DNA of 64,000 nt from Polaromonas sp. Its GTDB lineage: Bacteria > Pseudomonadota > Gammaproteobacteria > Burkholderiales > Burkholderiaceae_C. The number at the start of each line of letters is the position of its first letter. Position 1 is the stretch's first letter. The stretch is taken from assembly GCA_031424795.1 (NCBI GenBank), contig JANPIC010000133.1, forward strand, positions 12,634 through 76,633, in the 5' to 3' direction. The notes beneath the pieces were generated by a model that saw nothing but the letters and a program-made list of their open reading frames with translations, ran no database searches and was not told the origin of the DNA. The translations under genes and the position numbers were made by a program. Shown one piece after another: positions 1 through 9,211 of the stretch.

Positions 1-327
1 GGGTTCACCAGCTTCATAGCGCATGCAGGTGGGCCACCTATCAACGCTTATCTGATTCCCTTGAAACTCAGTCCGCTGGTCTATGCGGCCACTACCTCCT
101 ATCTTTTCTTCTTCATTAATTTGTCGAAATGGGTGCCTTACGCATGGCTGGGTTTATTAGACGTTCGTAACTTCGCAACATCCTTAGTTTTATTGCCTTT
201 TGCACCTCTGGGGGTGTGGATTGGCGTACGCATTGCCAAACGCATCAAGCCCGATCTTTTTTATAAATTGCTGTACGCGGGTATGCTTTTGACGGGGTGT
301 AAACTGGTCTGGGATGCTTTTAAGTAG
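1..327 (+). CDS. TSUP (TauE/SafE, DUF81) family membrane transporter, C-terminal part; the 5' end lies outside the window
   Basis: Frame 1 is open from nt 1 (GFTSFIAHAGGPPINAYLIP...) and runs into the listed 61..327 ORF. The tail is hydrophobic and TM-rich, as in DUF81 permeases. Confidence 0.6.
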   Translation, partial: GFTSFIAHAGGPPINAYLIPLKLSPLVYAATTSYLFFFINLSKWVPYAWLGLLDVRNFATSLVLLPFAPLGVWIGVRIAKRIKPDLFYKLLYAGMLLTGCKLVWDAFK

Positions 328-350
328 CTCGCTGCAGCGATGCACAATTA

Positions 351-2189
351 CTAAACGTTTTTGCCTGCCATCTCTCGCTCTTTTGCCATTTGCTCTGCTA
401 GCTGTGCACGGCCTTGCTTCACGGTGCTGATCACCTTGGCTCGGTCTTTGTAATGTGGGTGCATTTGTTCTAAAAGCTCAAAGTTGTGCGTTCTGAAGAG
501 TTGCACAATGCGATTAGCGTCTTGTGTGGCATAACCAAGTAGTTCTAAAACACTGCTTGCGCTTTGCAAGCTGCTTTCAAAGACTTCACGCTGAATCAAT
601 GTCACGTCACGATCCCGCAGTTTGTTCCAGTGCGTTGCATCGCGTGCCCGGACGACCAGTTGCAGCTGTGGAAAGTGCTCCTGTGCTAAATCAACTATCG
701 CTAAAGATTGCTCAACATCATCCACGGCAACTACCAAAATCTGCGCCGTAGCCGCTCCAGCCGTGCGCAGCAAGTCAAGCCGTGTGGCGTTGCCGTAAAA
801 AACGCGGTAGCCAAAGCTTCTGGCGGTTTCAATCATCTCAGCATCATGGTCAAGCACAGTGGTGGGTATATCTTGCGCCAGCAGCAAGCGACCTATAATT
901 TGTCCATAACGGCCAAACCCTGCAATGATGATGGGTGCGGCTTGCTGCTCTGAAATTTCATCAGGCAGTTCAACACCACAATTGGCATAGCGTGGCAGCC
1001 AAAATTTGTCGATAGCAATCAAAATCAGTGGACTGATTAGCATTGACAGTGCGACGACGCCGATCAAGAAAGAGGCAGTTTCAGGTGCAAACACTTTGGC
1101 TCCAGCAGCAGCTTGAAACACCACAAAGGCGAATTCGCCACCTTGCGCGAGCAGTAAAGTCAGCACAGGTCGCTCCTGAAAAGGCACATTCATGAGACGA
1201 GTGATGCCGTAAATAACTGCAAATTTAATAGCAATAAAGGCGGTCAATACGCTGGCTATGAGCCAAGGAGAGTTGATGAGTACAGAGAAGTCGATGCTCA
1301 TGCCAACGGCTATGAAAAACAGCCCCAGCAGCAATCCTTTGAACGGCTCGATATCTGTTTCTAACTCGCGGCGGTATTCGCTTTCAGCCAGCAGCACGCC
1401 AGCCAGGAAAGCGCCCAAGGCCATGCTCAAACCGACAAACAGCATCAAAGCCGCAATGCCGACGACTAAAAGCAAGGATGCAGCGGTGAAGATCTCAGGT
1501 GTTTTGCTGCGCGCAATCCAGCGGAATATCGGGCGTAGCAGCAGTCTGCCACCGACAACAATGCATGCAATAATTGCTATAATTTTAATAGCTGAATAGG
1601 TAATATCTACAACGGATGATGCCTCATTTACTTCCTGACTGACACCTAAGAGAGGAATCAACGCCAAAATCGGTATCGCGGCAACGTCTTGGAACAATAA
1701 GATCGAAAATCCGGCTTGCCCGCTGCTGGTGGGTAGTAAATTGCGCTCTCCCATCACTTGCAGCGCAATCGCTGTGGACGACAACGCCAAGCCCAGTGCT
1801 GCAACCAAAGCCGTTTTCCATCCTCCTAAAGCGGTAGATACGACAGGAAACAGCAAGCTAGCGCCCCACAATGCAATAAACAAAACAGCAGCGCAGCCAA
1901 TGACTTGAGCGCTACCCCAGCCAAAAATGGGGCGACGCAAGCTCCACAGGCGTTTGGGTTCTAGCTCTAAACCCACCAAAAACAGCATCAAAACCACGCC
2001 AAACTCTGCAAAATGCAAAATATCTTGCACATTGGTGACCAAACCCAAACCCCAAGGCCCAATCGCCATGCCGGCGGCCAAATAGCCAATGATGCTACCC
2101 AAGCCTAGCGCTTTGGAGACAGGTACAGCGATGACGGCTGCGCCTAGGTAGATTAAACTGTTGATGAGCCAAGATGGGGCGTGTTCCAT
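351..2189 (-). CDS. CPA2-family K+/H+ antiporter with a C-terminal RCK/TrkA-N domain (KefB/KefC-like potassium efflux protein)
   Basis: 612 aa. Polytopic N-terminal exchanger domain followed by the Rossmann motif IIIAGFGRYGQ. Confidence 0.85.
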   Translation of the reverse strand: MEHAPSWLINSLIYLGAAVIAVPVSKALGLGSIIGYLAAGMAIGPWGLGLVTNVQDILHFAEFGVVLMLFLVGLELEPKRLWSLRRPIFGWGSAQVIGCAAVLFIALWGASLLFPVVSTALGGWKTALVAALGLALSSTAIALQVMGERNLLPTSSGQAGFSILLFQDVAAIPILALIPLLGVSQEVNEASSVVDITYSAIKIIAIIACIVVGGRLLLRPIFRWIARSKTPEIFTAASLLLVVGIAALMLFVGLSMALGAFLAGVLLAESEYRRELETDIEPFKGLLLGLFFIAVGMSIDFSVLINSPWLIASVLTAFIAIKFAVIYGITRLMNVPFQERPVLTLLLAQGGEFAFVVFQAAAGAKVFAPETASFLIGVVALSMLISPLILIAIDKFWLPRYANCGVELPDEISEQQAAPIIIAGFGRYGQIIGRLLLAQDIPTTVLDHDAEMIETARSFGYRVFYGNATRLDLLRTAGAATAQILVVAVDDVEQSLAIVDLAQEHFPQLQLVVRARDATHWNKLRDRDVTLIQREVFESSLQSASSVLELLGYATQDANRIVQLFRTHNFELLEQMHPHYKDRAKVISTVKQGRAQLAEQMAKEREMAGKNV

Positions 2190-2270
2190 AAGCGTTCGTG
2201 CTGGTATTTAAAGATTCCTGTACTCTGCAGTATATTGTTTTAACATTGAGATATAACATAAAGCTAACCC

Positions 2271-2726
2271 ATGAAAACATTTCAAACCCTCGCTGAACTA
2301 GCTGCTTGCGTTGGTCAAGATGTCGCTGTGAGCGATTGGCTGATCGTCACGCAGGAACAAATCAACCAGTTTGCTGAAGCCACGGGTGACCGCCAGTGGA
2401 TTCACATCGACCCCGAACGCGCCAAAGCTGGCCCGTTTGGTGCACCTATCGCGCACGGATTTTTGACTTTATCGCTCTTGCCGCAGTTTTTCGCCACCGC
2501 TTTGCATGTGGAGCAGACGCGCATGGGTGTGAACTACGGCTTGAACAAAGTGCGTTTTATGTCACCTGTGCCAGTGGGAAGTGCTTTGCGTGCACGCTTG
2601 TTTTTGGTGGCGGCAGAGCAGATTGACAACAATGGTATGCAGATGACTTGGGATGTGACAATTGAGCGTGAGGGTGTTGTCAAGCCCGTTTGTGTGGCGC
2701 AATCTTTGTCGCGCAGCTACCCGTAG
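2271..2726 (+). CDS. MaoC-family (hot-dog fold) dehydratase
   Basis: 151 aa. The DRQWIHIDPERA...GAPIAHGFLTLSL segment is typical of MaoC-like enoyl hydratases. Confidence 0.8.
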   Translation: MKTFQTLAELAACVGQDVAVSDWLIVTQEQINQFAEATGDRQWIHIDPERAKAGPFGAPIAHGFLTLSLLPQFFATALHVEQTRMGVNYGLNKVRFMSPVPVGSALRARLFLVAAEQIDNNGMQMTWDVTIEREGVVKPVCVAQSLSRSYP

Positions 2727-2734
2727 TTTGCGTG

Positions 2735-3208
2735 TTAAATTTTGAGTTGCCCAAACCCATTTTGCCGCCAAGCCTCATACACGGTGACGGCCACAGCGTT
2801 TGATAAATTCAAGCTGCGCTGGTTTGGCAACATGGGCAACTTGATACGTTGATCGGGTAAAAAAGACTCACGTAATGCAGGTGCAAGTCCTTGCGTTTCA
2901 GAGCCGAACACCAAATAATCGCCAGCAACAAATTGCGCGCTATGCACCAAGCGTGTGCCCTTGGTCGTTAGCGCAAACAGCCGCTCTGGCGCAGGTTGTT
3001 GGTTGTCTAGAAACGCCTGCCAGCTAGCATGTCGTTTCAATTCAGCATATTCGTGATAGTCCAAACCCGCGCGGCGCATGTGTTTGTCGTCCATGGAAAA
3101 GCCCAACGGCTCTATCAAATGCAGATGACAACCCGTATTAGCGGCAAGGCGGATGATATTGCCCGTGTTGGGCGGGATTTCAGGTTGAACTAAAACGATG
3201 TTAAACAT
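2735..3208 (-). CDS. trmL: tRNA (cytidine/uridine34-2'-O)-methyltransferase TrmL (SpoU family)
   Basis: [26 protein letters not shown] and LNLSNAVAV motifs. The ORF extends to 3226, but the conserved N-terminus starts at the ATG at 3208. Confidence 0.85.
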   Translation of the reverse strand: MFNIVLVQPEIPPNTGNIIRLAANTGCHLHLIEPLGFSMDDKHMRRAGLDYHEYAELKRHASWQAFLDNQQPAPERLFALTTKGTRLVHSAQFVAGDYLVFGSETQGLAPALRESFLPDQRIKLPMLPNQRSLNLSNAVAVTVYEAWRQNGFGQLKI

Positions 3209-3241
3209 GCACTTATTGTCTGCCAAAACGTGCTCATTTAG

Positions 3242-4006
3242 CTACTCTGCTTCCGTCCGCGCAAAAACAGCCGCCGTGATGTGAGCCGCGCCAGCTTGGC
3301 GCAGTGCCGTTGCCGCTGCAAAGAGCGTTGCACCACTGGTCATCACATCATCAACCAGCAAGATGCGCTTGCCCTGCAACTCCTTCGCTCGAAGTGGTTC
3401 AACTGCAAACGCTGCGTTTACGTTTTTCATGCGCTCTGACTTGCTTAACGAGCTTTGCGTTAATGTGTCTTTAATTCGTAATAGCAAATACGCTTCTGTT
3501 TTTTCGCGATTCAGATGCTTGCAAATTTCTAAGGCCTGGTTGTAGCCACGGTGTTGAAGTCTGGCTGTCGACAGTGGTACTGGAGTTATCACGTCAGCAT
3601 TGTCGATGGCGTGTTCTATGGATGGTGCGCTTTTTAGAAGAAGTGCAAAAGTGCTGGCCCAAGCCGGGTTGTTGCCAAATTTATAGCTGGAAATACATTC
3701 GCTCCACGGGTACTCGTATGCAACAGCCGCCAAGCATTCGTCCAGAGGAGGTGGTTTGACGATGCATGCGCCGCAGCATTTGATATCAGTCGAAATACCT
3801 GACTTCATCGCCAGAGCGCAAGTGGCGCAACGTCGCACAGGTTGGGCGAAGCGTGTTACACAAGGCTCACAAACCATGCCATTGCTAGGCCAAGTCTTGC
3901 AAACGGCGCATTGGCTGGGAATCCAATTCAAAAGTCGCTCTAAATGTCGCTGTGATACTGGGTTAAATAAAGGACGAATTAAGGGGCGTATCAAACGACT
4001 AAACAT
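3242..4006 (-). CDS. comF: ComF-family protein (amidophosphoribosyltransferase-like competence protein)
   Basis: Cys-rich N-terminal zinc-finger region (CAVC..CEPC..CATC..CGAC) and C-terminal PRTase motif ILLVDDVMTSGATL. Confidence 0.8.
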   Translation of the reverse strand: MFSRLIRPLIRPLFNPVSQRHLERLLNWIPSQCAVCKTWPSNGMVCEPCVTRFAQPVRRCATCALAMKSGISTDIKCCGACIVKPPPLDECLAAVAYEYPWSECISSYKFGNNPAWASTFALLLKSAPSIEHAIDNADVITPVPLSTARLQHRGYNQALEICKHLNREKTEAYLLLRIKDTLTQSSLSKSERMKNVNAAFAVEPLRAKELQGKRILLVDDVMTSGATLFAAATALRQAGAAHITAAVFARTEAE

Positions 4007-4060
4007 AGAGTGCCAATATACTCGCAGTAATACGAATATTCATTTGCAACAGAGTTTAAT

Positions 4061-5062
4061 ATGAAATTTTTGACAAAACTGAGTGGTGTGGTCGGTCTTG
4101 CCTTGATGATGGCTTCAATCGTCACGACGACCGCATTCGCGCAAACAAGTGCGGCAGCATCAAATTACCCCAACAAAACTATCCGTATCATCGTGCCGTT
4201 CACACCCGGCGGTAGCACAGATATTTTGGCTCGCGCCATCGGCATTGAGCTCGGTAAAGCTTGGGGGCAATCCGTTATTGTCGAAAACATCGCGGGTGCT
4301 GGCGGAAGTATTGGCGCCGATAAAGTGGCTAAATCTGCTGGCGATGGCTACACACTGCTGATGGGGCATATCGGCACGTTAGCGGTCAATCCTTCGCTCT
4401 ATCCAGATCTACCTTACCAGCCATTGCGTGACTTCGCGCCGGTCGCCTGGGTGGCACGTGTGCCGAATGTGCTGGTGGTGCATCCGTCAGTTCCTGCAAA
4501 AAATGTCAAAGAATTCATTGCACTGGCAAAAGCTAAGCCAGGACAACTCAACTATGGCTCTGGCGGCAACGGCAGTGCAGCCAATTTGGCGACAGAATAT
4601 TTGAAAGTTCAAACCAATATTTCTTTGCTGCACATTCCTTACCGAGGCACTGCCCCTGCGGTGACCGATTTGTTGGGTGGTCAAATTCAAGTGCTTTTCA
4701 CGGGAGCGCCTGCGGTGATCGGTCAAATCAAGTCTGGGCAACTGCGTGCCTTAGGTGTTTCCTCACCACAGCGTTTAGATTCCTTGCCAGACGTGCCCAC
4801 AGTGGCCGAAAGCGGCTACAAAAACTTTGAGGCAGACCAATGGTACGGCGTTGTTGCACCCAAAGGCATACCGCCAGAGATTGTTGCCAAACTCAATGCT
4901 CAAATCAACCGAGCCTTGCAATCGCCTGAGCTTAAAAATCGCCTGAACAACGAAGGCGCTGTTGCCACGCCGTCCACACCGGAAGTTTTTGGAAAACTCA
5001 TTCAAACTGAAATTGCACGTTGGAAACCAGTCATCAGCTCTGGACGCGTAACAGCACAATAA
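4061..5062 (+). CDS. Bug/TctC-family tripartite tricarboxylate transporter substrate-binding protein (orphan)
   Basis: Signal peptide, then the YPNKTIRIIVPFTPGGSTD motif characteristic of Bug proteins. No tctA or tctB gene is adjacent. Confidence 0.85.
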   Translation: MKFLTKLSGVVGLALMMASIVTTTAFAQTSAAASNYPNKTIRIIVPFTPGGSTDILARAIGIELGKAWGQSVIVENIAGAGGSIGADKVAKSAGDGYTLLMGHIGTLAVNPSLYPDLPYQPLRDFAPVAWVARVPNVLVVHPSVPAKNVKEFIALAKAKPGQLNYGSGGNGSAANLATEYLKVQTNISLLHIPYRGTAPAVTDLLGGQIQVLFTGAPAVIGQIKSGQLRALGVSSPQRLDSLPDVPTVAESGYKNFEADQWYGVVAPKGIPPEIVAKLNAQINRALQSPELKNRLNNEGAVATPSTPEVFGKLIQTEIARWKPVISSGRVTAQ

Positions 5063-5075
5063 GACAGCACAATAG

Positions 5076-6008
5076 TTGACTTTAGCAATGTCTAGCGAGC
5101 GACCACCCACCATCTCCCCCAACGCCGCTGCGCACTGGCAGCGCATTGCACCTGCTGCAACGCCGTGGCTGCACGAAGAAGTAGCCAGCCGCATGGTGGA
5201 TCGTTTGCAATGGATCAACTTACAGCCCAAAACGTGGGCGCACTGGGGCGCTGTGCGAGGCGGGCAGCAGGCGCATGTGGCATTGCTTGAAAAGTATCCA
5301 GATTCAACCTATTTTTTGCCTCTAGCCGGTGAATTTATTGCCGATAAAGCTATTAAAAATATAGCAAATTATGCGAACTCCAGCAGTAAATGGCAGCTGT
5401 CTAACTTGTTTAAAGCCAAGCCAAAAGTAGATTACTCATATCCAGCCGATAGCACGGTTGACATGCTGTGGGCGAACATGCACTTGCACAACGCACTTGA
5501 TCCGCAGATGTTGATAACGCAGTGGCACAAAGCCATAGCGACGGACGGATTTTTGATGTTCTCCTGCCTGGGGCCAGACACCCTGCGCGAACTGCGTGGT
5601 ATGTACGACAAGCTGGGTTGGCCAGTGCCTAGCCACCAATTTACCGACATGCATGATTGGGGCGATATGCTCATCCAAGCCGGCTTTGCCGAGCCCGTGA
5701 TGGACATGGAGCGCATTGTGCTGACGTACGAAACGCCACAAAAGCTACTGGAAGATTTGCGTGAATTAGGCCGAAACTTGCATCCAGACCGATTTCCTGC
5801 CTTGCGTGGCAAAGCTTGGAAAGCCGAGCTAGAAGCCGCTTTGGTCGAACATTTGGCTGACCCGGCTGAGGGTGGCCGGTTAAAGCTGACCTTCGAAGTC
5901 ATTTACGGCCATGCGATGAAGCCGAAGCCAAGGGTTAAGCTGAGTGAGCATAGCGCGGTGTCATTGCGGGATATGCGGGAGATGTTGCACGGTAGCAGAG
6001 GGCGCTAG
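5076..6008 (+). CDS. BioC-like class I SAM-dependent methyltransferase carrying an in-frame repeat-derived insert
   Basis: 310 aa. The LWANMHLH...GFLMFSCLGPDTLRELR block is typical of betaproteobacterial BioC-like methyltransferases. Residues ~PLAGEFIADKAIKNIANY are encoded by repeat copy A. Confidence 0.55.
   Translation: MTLAMSSERPPTISPNAAAHWQRIAPAATPWLHEEVASRMVDRLQWINLQPKTWAHWGAVRGGQQAHVALLEKYPDSTYFLPLAGEFIADKAIKNIANYANSSSKWQLSNLFKAKPKVDYSYPADSTVDMLWANMHLHNALDPQMLITQWHKAIATDGFLMFSCLGPDTLRELRGMYDKLGWPVPSHQFTDMHDWGDMLIQAGFAEPVMDMERIVLTYETPQKLLEDLRELGRNLHPDRFPALRGKAWKAELEAALVEHLADPAEGGRLKLTFEVIYGHAMKPKPRVKLSEHSAVSLRDMREMLHGSRGR
5318..5370 (-). repeat. Dispersed two-hairpin repeat, copy A (reverse), in-frame inside the BioC-like methyltransferase
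   Basis: gcctctagccggtgaatttattgccgataaagctattaaaaatatagcaaatt matches the family consensus GCTATAAATAAAATAGC-NN-TTTAGGCAATAAATACGCCGGCTAGAGGC on the reverse strand. Confidence 0.85.
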
Positions 6009-6025
6009 TCCATCGAAGAGGGCAT

Positions 6026-6063
6026 AAAAAAACCTGCAAGTAGCAATACTGGCAGGTTTTTTT
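6026..6063. terminator. Bidirectional intrinsic terminator between the convergent methyltransferase and helicase genes
   Basis: aaaaaaacctgc-aagtagcaatactg-gcaggttttttt: a stem flanked by an A-run and a T-run. Confidence 0.7.
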
Positions 6064-6103
6064 GTATTGACTCCCCAATTGAACGGGGAGTTGCTGATGC
6101 GGA

Positions 6104-8251
6104 TTACTTAGCGCGAACGGTGCGAGCCTTGGCCATATCACGCGGCACAAACACTTTGCCGCCATTGCCTGGCTTGGCAGCTGGTTTAGCAAACGTTGGT
6201 TTGGCGAAGCCAGGCTTAGCGAATGCTGGTTTACGGTCAGCAAAGTCGCCACGTGGAGCGAAGTCACCGCGAGGGGCGAAATCTTTACGCGGGGCGAAGT
6301 CGCCGCGCTCAGCACGGTCACCACGAGGCGCAAAATCACCACGTGGAGCGAAGTCTTTACGAGGAGCGAAGTCACCACGTGGGGCAAATTCTTTACGTGG
6401 CGCAAAGTCACCGCGAGGTGCGAAATCGCCGCGAGGAGCTGAATCACCGCGTGGAGGAAAGCCACCGCCGCTATTGCGGTCGTTGAAACCACCTTTGCGA
6501 ACATAGCTGTCTGGTGCGCGAGCGTTGTCAGAAGGGCGTCCAGCGAAACGATCACCGAAACGGTCGCCCTGCGGAGCAGCGAAACCACCGCCTTGAGGCG
6601 CGCGGTCAGCGAAGCCTCCACGGTCACCACCAAAGTTACCACCGCCACCGAAACCGCCTTGGCGAGGTGCAAACTTTCGGTCACGGCCAGCGCCGCCGCC
6701 ATGTCCACGGTCGCCACCAAAACCACCGCGGTCTGGGCCGCCGAAGTTACCAGGGCGTGACTCAGGGAAACGTTGTTTTGGCTCTAAGCCAGGAATGACC
6801 TCTGCTTTGAATGGGGTGCGTGTGAACTGCTCGATGTCCATGATACGGCGACGGTCTCGGATTTCAGCAAAGCTGACAGCGATACCGTCACGGCCAGCAC
6901 GACCTGTACGACCAATACGATGGGTGTAATCCTCGGCTTTCATTGGCAGGCCAAAGTTGAACACGTGGCTGATCGATGGCACGTCAATACCGCGTGCTGC
7001 CACGTCGGTTGCCACCAAAATTTGAACTTGACCTTCGCGCAAAGCTTGCAAGCGGCGGTTACGGATACCTTGGTTCAAAGCGCCGTGCAAAGCAACCGCG
7101 CTGAAACCTTCTTGTTGCAGGTCGTTGGCCAAACCGTCGCACTCGATCTGGGTGCTGGCAAACACGATGGCTTGCTTGATGTTGGTGTCGCGCAACCAGT
7201 GGTCGAGCAACTTGCGTTTGTGCTGAGAATTGTCAGCCCAGAACAACGATTGCTTGATGTTTTGGTGCTTGTCTTGCGGGCTGTCGATGGTGATGCGCTG
7301 TGGCTCACGCATCACACGGCCAGCGAGCTGCTGGATGCGTGGTGCAAACGTGGCGCTGAACATCATGGTTTGTTGGCGGCCGCTGGTCAACTGGTTGACT
7401 TCTGCGAGATCGTCTGAGAAGCCCAAATCGAGCATACGGTCGGCTTCGTCAACGACCAAGAATTTCACTTTGTCGAGCTTCAACTGGTGTGAACGCTGCA
7501 AGTCAAGCAAACGGCCTGGGGTTGCCACCACCAAGTTAGCGTTTTGCAACTTGGCCAATTGCAACTGGTAAGGCATACCCCCCACCACGTTGGCAATGCG
7601 CAAACCTTTGCAGTAGCGCACCAAATCAATCGCGTCGTTGGCAACTTGTTGTGCCAATTCGCGGGTCGGGCAAAGAATCAAAGCGCCTGGCGTGGCCGGT
7701 GTGAAATTGCGGAAATTGGTCGGGTCTTTGCGTTTAGCGCGTTTTGGAGGCGCATCGCCACGGGCTTCGGCTTCAGCGCATGCTGCTTCAAACTCAGCGC
7801 GTTCGGCAGCTGCTTCTTGTTCTTGCTGTTTCAGCAAGGTGTGGATCACAGGCAGCAAAAAGGCGGCAGTTTTACCTGAACCGGTTTGGCTGGACACCAT
7901 CAAGTCAATAAATTTCTTCGGTGTGCCGTCAACAGCATCCGCTGGCAAAGCCAATGGAATTGTTTTCATCTGCACGGTGGTGGGTTGTGTGAAACCCATT
8001 TCTTTCGTCGCTTGAATCAGCTCATCAGCCAAGCCAAGTGCGATAAAGCCGTTTGGCAATTTGGCAGCTTCTTCCGCGGCCAAAGCTTTGGCTGCGGCCA
8101 CTTCATCTACTGCATTTTCAGTAGCAATTGAAGCAGTAAATTCGCCGGCTATGGCAGTATTTAATGTTAATTCGTTGTCGGTCTGAGATTCAAAAGTCGT
8201 TGTCATAGAGTCGGTCATACATAGCCGCCACCAATTTCGGTGCGGTTCCAT
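6104..8251 (-). CDS. DEAD-box ATP-dependent RNA helicase (RhlE-like) with a long repetitive RGG/PRGDFA C-terminal tail
   Basis: Motifs SQTGSGKT, PTRELA, VVDEADRMLD, SAT and HRIGRTGRAG. The real start is probably the ATG at 8218 or 8206. Confidence 0.9.
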   Translation of the reverse strand: MEPHRNWWRLCMTDSMTTTFESQTDNELTLNTAIAGEFTASIATENAVDEVAAAKALAAEEAAKLPNGFIALGLADELIQATKEMGFTQPTTVQMKTIPLALPADAVDGTPKKFIDLMVSSQTGSGKTAAFLLPVIHTLLKQQEQEAAAERAEFEAACAEAEARGDAPPKRAKRKDPTNFRNFTPATPGALILCPTRELAQQVANDAIDLVRYCKGLRIANVVGGMPYQLQLAKLQNANLVVATPGRLLDLQRSHQLKLDKVKFLVVDEADRMLDLGFSDDLAEVNQLTSGRQQTMMFSATFAPRIQQLAGRVMREPQRITIDSPQDKHQNIKQSLFWADNSQHKRKLLDHWLRDTNIKQAIVFASTQIECDGLANDLQQEGFSAVALHGALNQGIRNRRLQALREGQVQILVATDVAARGIDVPSISHVFNFGLPMKAEDYTHRIGRTGRAGRDGIAVSFAEIRDRRRIMDIEQFTRTPFKAEVIPGLEPKQRFPESRPGNFGGPDRGGFGGDRGHGGGAGRDRKFAPRQGGFGGGGNFGGDRGGFADRAPQGGGFAAPQGDRFGDRFAGRPSDNARAPDSYVRKGGFNDRNSGGGFPPRGDSAPRGDFAPRGDFAPRKEFAPRGDFAPRKDFAPRGDFAPRGDRAERGDFAPRKDFAPRGDFAPRGDFADRKPAFAKPGFAKPTFAKPAAKPGNGGKVFVPRDMAKARTVRAK
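6240..6455 (-). repeat. Tandem 18-bp repeat, 12 units, coding (hexapeptide PRGDFA-like) within the DEAD-box helicase tail
   Basis: Units read by hand: gcaaagtcgccacgtgga, gcgaagtcaccgcgaggg, gcgaaatctttacgcggg ... gctgaatcaccgcgtgga. They are contiguous and in phase. Confidence 0.9.
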
Positions 8252-8460
8252 TCAATGGTTAAAAAACATCAACCATCAAACGAAGTACAACGTCTATTTA
8301 CTCGATTTTCTCTGCAACCCATATCTAAAGATGTGTGATTGCAGTACGGTAGCGACGCGGTTGGCTTTAATAATCGTTGTCTAAAAAGACAACAAGCCCA
8401 AAGTGTGATGCAAGATGCACGATGCCAGAAACGTGATGCAAATTCACCACGATTTCTGTA

Positions 8461-8480
8461 CAGCCTCGAATTATAGCGCG
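8461..8480 (-). promoter_or_regulatory. Putative sigma70 -10 with conserved downstream AGGCT (DEAD-box helicase promoter; long 5' UTR)
   Basis: The minus strand reads GCTATAATTCGAGGCTGTA. One of six copies of the motif. Confidence 0.45.
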
Positions 8481-8544
8481 ACTACGGGTTTTCACCTAAT
8501 TAAATTTTCAACTAAATGCTAAGTTGTTGATTTATTGGCATTCT

Positions 8545-9150
8545 TCATTTCAAAAAGTGCTCTCGGTAGTGCACCAACTCATCAATCGACTCATGCACAT
8601 CCGCCAAAGCGGTGTGTTTTTGTTGCTTTTTAAAGGCTTTGTAGACTTCAGGCCGCCAGCGTTTGGCGAGCTCTTTGAAGGTGCTGACGTCGATGTTGCG
8701 GTAATGGAAAAACGCATCCAGCTTGGGCATGTATTTGACCAAAAACCGGCGGTCTTGGCTGATGGTGTTGCCGCACAGGGGGGACGTCGCTTTGGGTACG
8801 TACTTCTTCAAAAAAGCCAAAATCTCGGTTTCAGCGTCCGCTTCTGAAAGGGTAGATGCTTTGACCTTGTCAATCAAGCCGCTTTTACCGTGCGTGCCTT
8901 TGTTCCATTTGTCCATTTTGTTCAAAAGCTCGTCGCTTTGGTGGATGACGAGGACAGGGCCTTCGATGCGCGGCTCTAAGTTTGGGCCGGTGACGACGAC
9001 AGCGATTTCTATCAAACGTTCGTTGTCGGGGTCTAAACCGGTCATTTCGCAGTCTAGCCAGATCAGGTTTTGATCATTTTTAGCGAGTAAAACCTGAGTT
9101 TTGGTAGTTTCTGCTGTAGTTTCTTTGTTGATTTTGGCGGTATTAGGCAT
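8545..9150 (-). CDS. orn: Oligoribonuclease
   Basis: 201 aa DEDDh exonuclease with [12 protein letters not shown] and a C-terminal H..ALADV motif. Confidence 0.9.
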   Translation of the reverse strand: MPNTAKINKETTAETTKTQVLLAKNDQNLIWLDCEMTGLDPDNERLIEIAVVVTGPNLEPRIEGPVLVIHQSDELLNKMDKWNKGTHGKSGLIDKVKASTLSEADAETEILAFLKKYVPKATSPLCGNTISQDRRFLVKYMPKLDAFFHYRNIDVSTFKELAKRWRPEVYKAFKKQQKHTALADVHESIDELVHYREHFLK

Positions 9151-9211
9151 ATCTAAGGATTGTCACTTATTTCACGTCTAGTCTGCCAATTCATCAGTAA
9201 ACTCATACCTT

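Noticed and set aside
6240-6455. Regular 18-bp periodic repeat that might be mistaken for a CRISPR-like array.
   Set aside because: The units are contiguous with no spacers, lie in-frame inside a CDS, and encode a hexapeptide repeat. There are no cas genes in the window.
5935-6726. Long alternative-frame ORFs (5935..6726 minus; 6120..6506 and 6223..6486 plus) across the helicase 3' region.
   Set aside because: They are by-products of the 18-bp and Gly/Arg codon repeats, which stay open in several frames. Their translations are low-complexity strings, and the helicase frame is continuous with conserved motifs.
8252-8544. The 290-bp region upstream of the helicase, considered as a possible sRNA gene or riboswitch (small hairpins, GTGATGCAA direct repeat).
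   Set aside because: I recognise no riboswitch fold. It is most simply the long 5' UTR of a DEAD-box helicase gene downstream of the promoter candidate at 8461..8480.
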